A stretch of DNA of 64,000 bases from Phoronis australis (lineage: Eukaryota > Animalia > Phoronida), in NCBI GenBank assembly GCA_002633005.1, contig NMRA01000076.1:994748-1058747 (forward strand), written 5' to 3'. Shown here piece after piece: positions 53,301 through 64,000 of this stretch; the first letter of the stretch is position 1; every line of letters begins with the position of its first letter. A model generated the notes under the pieces. The model was not told where the DNA came from, did not search any database, and saw nothing but the letters and a program-made list of their open reading frames with translations. A program made the position numbers and the translations under genes.

Positions 53301-56300
53301 TGCTCCACACAACTATTTCTGTGCAAAGTCTCTTACAATATACACATAACTGCTAGTTACTGTGATAATTTTAACTAATTAATTTTACAATATGAATCAC
53401 TCATAACTACTTTTAACTAAATCTTTTTCAATAGTTGGGAAGTGGGAGCGCAAGACAAAATTTCTGTCTCAAGTCACTTTCATGAAACAGACTTACGACC
53501 TTTGATAAAACAGGCCACAGATGTTATAATAAGGAGACAGCATTGCCTGTCATTCCCTTCCCTTGTCAATCCCTCCCATCCACTCTCCCTTTCTTAGTTC
53601 TGACATCCCTAAATCAACAAGCCACACCCACTCTCTCTCTCTTAGTTCTGACATCCATCAATCAACAAGGCACACCCACTCTCCATCTCTTAGTTCTGAC
53701 ATCCCTCAATCAAAAAGCCACACCCACTCTCTCTCTCTTAGTTCTGACATCCATCAATCAACAAGGCACACCCACTCTCCATCTCTTAGTTCTGACATCC
53801 CTCAATCAAAAAGCCACACCCACTCTCTCTCTCTTAGTTCTGACATCCATCAATCAACAAGGCACACCCACTCTCCATCTCTTAGTTCTGACATCCCTCA
53901 ATCAAAAAGCCACACCCACTCTCTCTCTCTTAGTTCTGACATCCATCAATCAACAAGGCACACCCACTCTCCCTCTCTTAGTTCTGACATCCCTCAATAA
54001 ACAAGCCACACCCACTCTCTCTCTCTTAGTTCTGACATCCCTCAATCAACAAACCACACCCACTCTACCTATTTAGTTCTGACATCCCTCAATCAGCAAG
54101 CCACACCCACTCACCCTCTCTTCATGACCACTATTATGCCTCTGCCTGTGTCGGTCACGCTGGGCTCTGTCTCGCCAATTATCGGTTGAGTCGCGAGGAC
54201 TCCTATCTTCCGTCCACCGGTCGGACTCCTGTCCTTCTAACTGTAATCGTCCACTGCCAATGCGGGTCACACCGCGACGACTGCAAGAACGGAAGATTAC
54301 AACTCTTCACTCCCACTTCCAGTGACATATGACCGTAACTAAGATGGCTCAAGTCGGTCAAAAAATTACACTACTGAAGTTCTGGGAATAATCATCAAGC
54401 TATAATTTGGTTACTTATGTCAAGTTCCACCATGAGAGAGGCTAATGCAACCGTAGAAAGGAAAAAGATCAATTTGTCAGGATTCTGATTAGTACATTCA
54501 TGTCAACCATCCACATCTTATTATCAACCATGTTGACGTAAAGATAGCAATAGACACACAGTTACATAGTGCGACAAAACTCAAATGCTTTACAACTAAC
54601 ATCACAATCAAAAAGAACAACTTAAAAATAATTGGACACCTGGCCTGTTTGTCAAAAACAATTATGCCACAAGTCTCCCATTACAATGCAATTCATTTCA
54701 GCAAAATCTTTTGTTGACTGATTTACATTGGCTGGAATTTTCATGTCCAACAAGTGCGACTTAGCAAAATGCTACAGCGACAGTATCTCAAACCATCACT
54801 TTTCCTGCACTACAGGTCATCCAAGAATAGTGTACACTCACTGGTCACGCTCCCTCAGGTCACCGCCGCTCGTCTTACGTTGCAGGGTAGGATGCTGCTG
54901 CTGTTGCGTCACGTGACAGCCGGTGCCAAAACTGCGCCGCTGCGGACTCAGCACGATAGTGTCCTGCTCATCATCCTTGACACGGTCTACATGGGGAGAA
55001 GTCATACAAGCACACACTCACTTAAAGAAATCCTGGAATTGCTTAGATACTCCAATACATCTGTATTAGATACAACTTTCTCATCTTGATTAACAACAAA
55101 CGGATGAAAACATGAATGGAAAGATAATTTCATTGCTTTCTTCTGACGATGTGAAAGGTAATTTTACTCACAAGAAAGCACATTGTCTATGTTGGATATT
55201 CTATCCTCACTATACGAGTCATGTCCACGACTGTATTTCCCTGGTCAGTTTGAACTGACCTGGACTTAAGATGAGGTCATGCACAGCGGAGATTTGCAGA
55301 CCTTGACCTCTATTCAAGCTAGGGCATCTGGCGACAATGCAATTAGGACACAGACAGGGAGAGACCAGTCCAGTGAGCTGTGAGCAGCCAACCTCTGTGT
55401 CAAAAAATTTTCCGAGCAAATGGCACAAATCTTCAGTGTGGGGGGGGGGGTTGAAAACTACTTTAAACAGATCAGCACCAAGCAGGAAAAGATGGTTCGT
55501 TCTAAGCATGCTATGCCTAATGATAAGAAGTCATGCGTAATGTATAAATTATCATATATTATAAGGAAGATCCCTCACACTGCTAAACCGAGGAAACCAA
55601 ATACTGCCACCTGGACTACGGCATACACTTAAGTTAGAGAAGTTGGCCCAGCTTGAATAAAGATCGAAGTCTGCACCTTCCTACTATATACGACCACAAC
55701 TAACATCTTGCTCAACCCAATGCAGCAAATCTAGTCTGTGAATAAGACCTTTAGAGCGAGCATGGAACGGTGCTGAATTGGGCTTAACTTCACCTGAGCA
55801 ACATGCGCAAGTTTAAGTGAACGTGTGGACAGATGTTCAACTACTGCAATTTGATGCCAGTGTGACAACTTTCCCCACCTCTTTGAAGTAGTGCAATTTT
55901 CACCCAATCAACTTGCCCACGTGAAGTGCCTGTGTGGACAGAAGCCTGACACAATACGAAAATAATTGTGTGCTAAGTGTTTGCACAGTTAATTTACAAG
56001 GAATTGTTATGTATAAAACGGAGAAGACGAGGTTTGCTTTGACAGCTGGGATTTGTGGACGTCTCACCATAAAACTTATACCAAAATGAAATTCGCCAAC
56101 CAACTGCCTGAAACCTAGAAAATTTATGTAACTATAGCATTCAACTGCCACCTACCTTGCTTGATACAGCAGTTTTAAAGAAACTTAATCCATTAAGCCT
56201 CATTTATTGGCACCATGAGTGACATTTTAAGATCACTTTTTACCAGAGAAATTTAAAGCTGTACCTGACTGAATTCCATATTACTACTACTACCTTGATA

Positions 56301-59300
56301 CCAGTTGTGCCACTGCTGTGTGAACACCCAGATGATCCGACACATATTACCCCTAGTGCAACTAACTAGCCCTAGTTTAAGTGCCAGTCTGGATACAGCT
56401 TAATAGTCACAAGATGAACAAGTGTTCATGTAAACACAAAATTGTCATTAATGAGTTATAATGTATCAAAACCAGTGAAAGATGTAACGTTCCTACGATA
56501 AAGAGCATTTACTCCTCACTAGCAGTCCTCAGCATACCTATGTGATAAATATACACATGGTAGAAGTGAATTTCCTAGAATGTACTTATTGATGTAACAA
56601 ACTTTCATCTCCAAACAAACATGTCTATGACAATCACCACAATATCGAAACCGAAATAGGACTAAACTCATATAATGAAATGGTCCTGAGATTACCTGCA
56701 AGTGACGGACGCCTGCGCTTCAAAAGATCTTTTTCAACATCTGTTGGTCGTTTGTACGGCTTTCCATCAGACATCGGTGAACTCGACCGAGAGTTTCCGT
56801 CGCCGCGCAAGGATTTGAACCACAAGTCAGGGTCCCATAACCCCTGAGGCCTAAAAGTGAAATACAAATTTGAAACTGGAGTAAATCCAGAGACAGTTGA
56901 AAGCAACCATCCACTAAATTATATTTTTACAGAGGGTAGTTTCATCACTGACATGCACCACTTTCCAACAAGAAATATATACTTGTCGACACCTGATGTC
57001 AATCCCTTCAAAATATGTATTTGGACATAACAAAGGAAGGCCAACCAAATGCTATCGTCTGACGGCCAGGCAACACAGGATACGAAACCAGGCCACACAC
57101 ATTCGCAGTACAAACCACTGCACTGAACTACCCTATCTTGTCATGGTACTGATCTTGCCTTCATAGTCCACAATAGCTGTAAATAAAATTGTCATTTCAG
57201 TGTGATTGGGAAACCCTTATTTAAGTGAAATTTTACACTGCGATCCTTTTAAAACATGGCAAGCTTTACCACATGACACTGCCATCCTCCCTCACACTAA
57301 GGTTAAAAAGAAATGCACTAAAATCCACCAAAGACATTTTCAGATATACGGTAACATACTACTAAAACACAAACAATGGAAACAAAATTATTAAACAGAA
57401 TATTCTACATACGAGTTGTAATCTTCCAACAGTAACGCTGGCCGCTGTTTAGCATAGATTGAATCTCGCAGGTTCATCAATTCTTCCTAAAACAAAAACA
57501 CGGGAATGGTGATGAGATCAACAACTCCAAGATACAACAAAGGAACATCCTATAATAAGACAACAGGTGACGCGGTATTCATTAAGTGCAGCTAATAAAT
57601 AGTTCATTCCAGCTGGTTCCAAGCCTAAATGCTAGATGGCATGGCAGCTACCAGTTTAGGCTGGAAAACTGGACTCGATTCTGTACATTTTTTGCTTTAG
57701 AGAAAGCAACAGGCTTGCATAATTTTTTTTGAAAAGAATACCAAGCCTAGTTTTGGGTTACAAAAAGATGTTAAAAACGGCACTGCAAAACGATGTTCTG
57801 TAATCCTAGACAACCCTCAAGTTTGTAGGAAAATTTGAAAACTCCTTTCGAAATACGTTAAATGGGCAAGCATGACCTACGAAGTATGCTTTCAGCAAAT
57901 TACAAGGCAGCCGTGTGGAAAGACCACCCAACAAGAACCATAAAATTCAATCTGTCACACAGGCAGAATCAGTTTTAGTTGATTCCTGCTTTTATCTTTC
58001 AAGATCGATGCCAATGGTGCATTAGCAGGTGACAGAACAAGGATTGGTAGAAATCATCAAAGTCGGATTTAGTATCCTTTTAACACTTAAGGTCTAAAGT
58101 TTTTGTTGCATGCAGACAAGATGAAATTCTATCCTCAATGACACCAGTTATTGAAAGTTCTACCTTACTCAAATCCATGTAGAGCACAGTTGAAAATTTG
58201 ACGCCACACTAACTGGAGACTGGAAGGAAGCGTGTTAACTCATTGACTCACAACTTATCAAAGCCTACTTCCAGCGTGTCTCTAATTGTATGTCATTAGT
58301 GAGTTAGAACAAATGATGTCACAAACTAATTAGTGAACAATGCAGCCTTTAGTTAATGTTTCCTATTTTAGACCACCATTGTGCACAAGACATGAGCTTG
58401 TGCAATGCGACTATAAACAGTGAATATCAGTGTGTCTCACATAGAGCCCAGTTTACATGAAGGTGTTAACACCTGAATGTATATTTATGTATGGTGCGTA
58501 TTTTTACAATATCAACGCAAATACACTCGGGTGTACAGCTACACTCGGGTGTATAATTACACCACCTGCATTCGTTTGTGTAAATGTAAATTTTCTGTCA
58601 TATGTGGTTTGATATGGTCTTTTATTGAAATGCTGCTGCTGCTGTTGTTGTTGCTGCTGCTGCTGTTGTTGCTGCTGCTGCTGCTGTTGTTGCTGCTGTA
58701 GTTGTTGTTATTGCTATTGCTGTTGCTGTTCATTGTTCTATTTGAAGCTGAACACTGAATTTCCAAAAACCAGCGCTTTGTGAAAGCCACCTGGCCAAGC
58801 CATCTTGTGTTTACATCACTATTGTAACAATCAGTGACTCCAACCTGACAGGTGGCCGGATTGTATTATTAGTTTGTACTACATTAGAGAAATACTTGGC
58901 AAAATGTGTTGGCCTTTAGAACTTTTGAACAGGATCTGCCAATTTACAATTTTCAAACCACTCCATCGATCGTTCTTAATGTATCTATACTTGCCACTTG
59001 CGAGACAGTTCAAACAGCAATCTCAAGGGGATTGATACCCAAGCATCAGAGCTTCCCTGATTCAAGGCAACTATTCCAGAAAAATCTTCTCTTTACTAGG
59101 AAACACGGCTCGTGTCGATTTTGTAGCGAAATGTATAGAGTACAGAGCGCAAATATCGCTTTTCATTTCCCCCATACGAACGCGATGTAAATTTATATTT
59201 ATTTTGCAACTGTGTGTAGATTTGTGTATGTATGTATGGATGTGAAAGTGCTGCATATAAAACGAGCTATAGATCCTCTTTCACCATGTACAAAAACGCT

Positions 59301-60488
59301 TGATTGACCTAGTTCTCAAAACATTAAGACACATCAAGACTGAATTGGGAAAGCAATAAAGTACTTCGCGCCTCAAGTGCCGTACAGATGTACAGCATTG
59401 TCGGTAAATACTGCATTCATCAGACTGGCACTGTAGTATTTCAGGATGTGGTTGTCGAATGACTTTGAGTGATATCTTTCAATTAGCTACTTTGAAGAAC
59501 AGAACCACGTTGCTTACTAGGAATCTCCAAATCAACATGCTGAGTAAAAACTCACCGAGTTTAGGACAATTTGGAACACTGAAATTCAAACCGAAATTGA
59601 ATTTGCTTGATTCTAAAGATTGGGACTTGGGCAATTTCTCAAATATCACACACTGCTTTTTGTATCAACAGAGCCTGGAAATGGACTTGGCAGCAGACAA
59701 TATAACAGCTGCTGACTCAACATCTCCATGTGTCCCATAATGTTTAACATTGATGTGACTGATAGTTTGTCACCGAGCCTAATTCGTGAATTTGGGCCAG
59801 CCAATATTGCCTGTTTCTGAAACTTGGTATAAGCTCCAGCCTTGTGCAAACTAATTAATTTTTCACTTTACTAAGCAGGAGAATTTTTAGCATAATTTTT
59901 AATTGTCCCAAACTGGAGAATTGTTTCCATTTTCCCAGCTACAAAAATGCCGAAATAGTAGTCATGTTTTAAAAGCAGACAGTATTACCGTGTCAGATTC
60001 AGTGAATGAGCTGTGACTTCATGTACAAACCACCTTCTGCCCAAACACAATGGCGCGGTTATCCACAAAGGCCACTGAAGCATGTGCGGGGAAACTGTTA
60101 CAAAGTCAAATATATTGTAACACTAAATACACAATGAACTCTTCCATTCTCTTCGTCATCACAATCTAAAGTTTGCAGGTTCAAATTTGAGTGTGTTTGT
60201 GCGGTACCGATCCAGATGAGAAAAAATTCCCAATACACGCACTTCACTCAGGTGCACAAAATCTTCCCAATGTCCATCAGCAAAAATCCAGTAAATCTGC
60301 ATCCCTATTGGTGATTTTCAGGTAACCATAGTAACCAAACAACAGCATCTGATCACACACTCAAAAAAATGCTCCTATGTACCATGACCTACCCTAGAAT
60401 ACATGTGTTCTGGCATTTTAGGTGGTGGTTTTTCCTTGACACTGTCCTTAGCAGCAGCAGCAGAAGCTGCCGCCTTTTCGTCCTCCAT
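35304..60488 (-). CDS. EIF4ENIF1: Eukaryotic translation initiation factor 4E transporter (4E-T), 22 coding exons, ~1176 aa
   Basis: Phase-consistent GT-AG exons: 60488-60393, 57486-57413, 56850-56696, 54986-54842, 54280-54115, 52750-52561, 52012-51849, 51015-50880, 50331-50191, 49809-49633, 48815-48610, 48194-48117, 43643-43430, 41959-41856, 41313-41183, 40886-40835, 40472-40367, 39127-38948, 38449-38202, 36878-36569, 36266-36072, 35566-35304. Motifs: YSREELM (eIF4E-binding YxxxxLphi), WDPDLW, VLSPQRRSFGTGCHV, RIGSGR, Cup-homology EEEPEWFTHGPISISETIELHGFD, DMAAFNKLV, RVPSPQELAIHTQNIL, AFTPTSVIRKM, C-terminal LAKWFG...TVDEIE. Confidence 0.93.
42484..42722. repeat. Polypurine (GA/GGA-rich) low-complexity tract, ~240 bp
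   Basis: Almost entirely G/A on the + strand (GAGAGGGAGAGGGGGAGAC-like units). Confidence 0.9.
44531..45934 (+). mobile_element. Kolobok-like DNA transposon (interior mostly in the assembly gap)
   Basis: TTAA TSD at 44527-44530 and 45935-45938; AG...CT termini; 158-bp TIRs (44531-44688 / 45777-45934) with 2 mismatches; ORF start at 44796 MPHCCCVPGCSNYR resembles a THAP N-terminus. Confidence 0.8.
44839..45671. other. Assembly gap (833 N)
   Basis: Run of N. Confidence 1.
50668..50761. repeat. Short imperfect inverted repeat (MITE remnant)
   Basis: GAAAATACTCCA..GTGACCAAACTC pairs with GAGTTTGGTCAC..TGGAGAATTTTC. Confidence 0.55.
53252..53491. mobile_element. MITE family B, copy 2 (4E-T intron)
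   Basis: TIRs TCTGTTTCGTGAAAAGTGACTT / AAGTCACTTTCATGAAACAGA. Confidence 0.65.
53573..54114. repeat. Minisatellite, 48-bp unit x ~11 with alternating A/B variants (96-bp dimer)
   Basis: CTTAGTTCTGACATCC recurs at 53593, 53641, 53689 and onward every 48 bp; units alternate CATCAATCAACAAGG / CTCAATCAAAAAGC. Confidence 0.95.
58631..58729. repeat. (CTG/TTG)n trinucleotide microsatellite, intronic
   Basis: About 33 mixed TGC/TGT triplets in the first coding intron of 4E-T. Confidence 0.9.
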
Positions 60489-61057
60489 TGTCTGAAATCA
60501 GAAATCAAGCCATCAGCTAGTGCATAGAATCTGGACGTTTCGGAAGGAAACAAAGAGTCGGTTCCTACCTCATACCGAAGTCAACTCATAACCTCAACTT
60601 GCAACAGCATCAAAATGGTGCAGTGCTGAATTTGTATGTTTAGTAAACGGTTGAGCACTTACTTAAAAACAGTCAAGTCAGTTCCTATATTAGGATCTAT
60701 GGGTAATAAGTAAAACAGTAAGGAGTACGCACTGACTTAAAGACTTTACGAATAGCTACGCCCGTTCTCTAGTGCTCTTCATAACCTATTTCTACTCGTC
60801 ACACCAACCTATGTCCGGTTCAAAAACCAATGCAACAAGTTTGACGAATTGATTCTTAAGCAAATTAGGACATTTTTATTTATGGTGTTCCTTGAATTCC
60901 CCATGCTCTAATTAATTGCACATGCCTCATTCCAAAGTGGTACTCGTGGCCTGAACCATTCCTTACTAGCTTTGTTTACATGAACTTAGGACAGTGTTTG
61001 ACATGGGATGTGTCACTGCATACATCGTGTTAGACTGTTATTCAAGTCTTATTCAGT

Positions 61058-61348
61058 ATGCCCGGAAGTTGCTGCGTAACAGGATGCTGGTACCATGAGC
61101 TCTTAACAAGTATACCAGTTCCATTTCAGCAATTTCCAGTGGATGACCCGCCAGAGTTGGTTCATCCGTGTATAGACACAGCGTTGACAGTTCACGTCAC
61201 AGCCAAGGTAGCCCAAAGCTATGTGTGTGAGTGGCAAACATTCCTTGCCTTTGGATTATGGAATCAATGGACATGAGAGCAGATAGCATGAAGGTAGCTT
61301 CTGAAGTTACATGTTCTGAAGAAGGATGCCATACCATTAGTATTTCCC
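61058..61348 (+). pseudogene. Degenerate THAP zinc-finger sequence (transposon relic or dead THAP gene)
   Basis: MPGSCCVTGC N-terminus, FQQFPVD, a frameshifted VSGKHSLPLDY (VCxxHF...DY equivalent) and LKKDAIPLVFP (AVPTIF box) in the ATG frame after stop codons. Confidence 0.7.
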
Positions 61349-64000
61349 ATCTCTGTTCCATGCATGTGAAGTCATCGCTGTGTCCAGGCCAGAAAACAGC
61401 ACAGCTTCACCGCATAGATGACTCGTGGTTTCATGGTTGCTGACTCCAACCATTTCCCATCTACTACTTGTCAAACAACGGCCTTCCCCATTCCACATGA
61501 GTGAATCACTGCCACTGGTCTTCCTTCATTCCACACTTCTATGTTCTGTATCACGAATTCTAAGTTGCTAACTCACCTTCTCAAAGAACCAATACAAACC
61601 CAAACCATAAACTATGTCTTTAATTTAGTTAAATTACAGTCTGAAATTTTTCTCTTAGCTGTTCTGATATCTTAACAATTTTTTAGGTAAACTTGAAGGA
61701 AAACTTTCAGTCAATGACTCATTGACACTGAAACTTGTCCAGGTTACACAGCCTCTGGTACGGTTAAGGGCGACGCCGGCCTTGCGTTTAGGTCCTGAAG
61801 TTTCTGTTGTGTGGGAGCGAATGGGTGACAGACAATCAATGACAATGATTCGGCCTTTCAGGCGCGAAATGCGTATTTAAAAGGAATTTTACAGGCAATT
61901 GAGTAAATTGATATACCTTTATATACCGCCTCACAAAACTTGCACAGCACTTATCACATCAATTTTCCCGAGTGCAGATGTAAACTGCACTGCTAAGTTG
62001 TTGCTCTCCGCGCTGAGTTCAAAACACTCGACAGTCACCGATCCGAAATCCACGGACACAAGCTCGGACAAAAATGGCAATTTCGACAAATTCTGTTCAG
62101 CCGGTGAATACTTGAACAGAAAATGTGAAACTTGATGTCAATAGAAATTTACAGGGTAGATGAATACAAAAACTAAAGTCAATAAGACGTCCAAATAAAG
62201 ATATGTTGAAAAAGCACCGAAACTGTTTAGAGCACAAACAGCAGAAAATGTCGCTCTACGAAAATCCCCGGATGTAGCCAAGTTGTCTTTGACCTAATGA
62301 AGAACCAAAATTTGTTTACAAAATAATAAGTAATTGAGTCTTTTCTTTTCAGCATGTCTGACATTGTGAAACTTTGTGATATTTATAAGTATTATTGCGT
62401 TGAATTTAGTTCATTAGAGCTAATAATGCAATGACCACGTTTGGCGTTGGGAAGAACTTTTCGACAAAAGATGGCAACACTTGTGCGGCGTCTCTCACTG
62501 ATCAGTCGGGTATCGTGATCGACTAGACGCTGCTTCCGATGCAGATGATCTAGCGTCAGGCACCCAAAAAATTTCAGGCGTCAGGGTTAAACCGTGGCAA
62601 CCGAAGTACGCTTGGGGCGGGGACAGTAGAGAAAAGACAGATTGAGAACCCTGTCCAGGACTTTGATGTTGGGGTCTCCGATTTCGCAGCACAATGCACT
62701 TGGAAACGTGCACGTAATGATTCATGCATATATTTCGAAAAATCAACAAAATTTGTCAGTCAAGCGAAGCTTTTGCGGAACGTATTAACTTACTGGATTC
62801 AGTTTTAAATTCAATAAGTCAATTTTGCGACTGCAAAACCATATTTTTCCAGAGGCCCCTGTTCTGGCAAGGGATAACGGAAGCAATTGTCACTTTTTTT
62901 CTCGAGTTGCCTATTATCTTCACTTGAGAAAAATTGATAACCCGACAGCCAATTGCTGCACATTCTTGCAATTTTTGAAAATATAGATATTTTCACATCG
63001 AGGGGTCCCACGTCTGATTATGGTATTCAACTGGCCAAAGTTTTTATCATAATGACAAATTCTTAAGGGTACGCTCACGGACTGAGAGAGGACCCAATAT
63101 TGGAATCGATTACGTCTATTTCCTGGGGTTTTTTTTTTGAAATCGTGCAACCAACTTTCATGTTGAAGAAGGTCACTTTCTGCACCGTCGTCTGACGACA
63201 CGACGGTGGAATGAACTGTCACTTTTTTCCAAGCTTAATGATGTTTAGTTTTTCATAATTAAGGTGTCCCATTTCAGACGGGGCCCTCTCTCGGTGGAGC
63301 AGTTCTGACATGTAAATCCGACCGTGACTGCCAAGTATTCTAGAGGGAAGTTGTGATTCGAAATTCATCAAAAAACACAAAACATTCGGACACAGCATAG
63401 CAATATCAAGACAATTAATCGACCCAAACAACCAAAAAAATGTGAAAAAATACAATAAGATTGACCGCCATCGAAAGGGAGTCGGGAATTTTAAAGAACG
63501 TGAAGACCGCTGTTTGTTAACTACACAAAAATATTTCCGATGGTTAGTTATAAAATAATGTTACTGTTTCCCATATTATCACAAGAATAGTATCTCTTTT
63601 GATGATGATTACTGTCAGTGAGTTGTTCTTAAGGAATTCCCACATTTGGAAAACACTGCCTGTCGAGGTTGGGGTGACCGTGTACATGTCAAACGAGTGT
63701 ACCCAAGTACTCGCAATAATAAACAAATTAAACAAATATTTCAGCGTTTTTTTAGGCCAAGTTAAACTCGTGAACCGTTATAGCTACCTTGGAAAGAGCA
63801 AAAAGTCACCTTACTATCAATCCCCAATCTCCCATTTTGATCGTTACAGGCCAAAAATCTGTGAGCATGCCTGTTGAAATTGCTTATAACATTCCGTTTT
63901 GATCAACAGATTCGTTGGTTTCTGATTTACTTGTTTATGTATCTACCAAAACCGACAGGTTAATAGGTGATGTTTGGCAATTAGAAGCTAATCTTTTAAG

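Noticed and set aside
53543-54076. 177-aa and 145-aa repetitive ORFs on the + strand
   Set aside because: By-product of a stop-free 48-bp (multiple of 3) minisatellite antisense in a 4E-T intron.
58557-58790. Possible extra polyQ or poly-S/N exon of 4E-T
   Set aside because: The Q frame contains TAG/TAA stops, no convincing splice sites flank it, and inclusion would break the YSREELM motif.

Overview
Eukaryotic (animal, probably marine invertebrate) genomic scaffold, AT-rich, intron-containing, with an 833-N gap (44839-45671) and a single-N contig join (28460). Four host genes can be read by hand: an intronless DEG/ENaC-family channel (+, 16-1578), a TRAFD1/FLN29-like zinc-finger gene (-, at least 8 coding exons), TIMM10 (+, 2 coding exons, head-to-head with TRAFD1-like) and EIF4ENIF1/4E-T (-, 22 phase-consistent coding exons, about 1176 aa). 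The rest holds a decayed CR1/L2-group LINE, a young Kolobok-like DNA transposon (TTAA TSD, 158-bp TIRs, THAP-like ORF start), a decayed THAP sequence, several MITE-like elements and mini/microsatellites. The most notable signal is a repeat in a 4E-T intron carrying about a dozen co-oriented CTCF-like motifs at ~150-bp spacing. Also notable are two candidate in-frame microexons and two tandem repeats seeded on splice sites. I see no clearly new multi-gene system. Gene names rest on remembered family motifs, not database searches.
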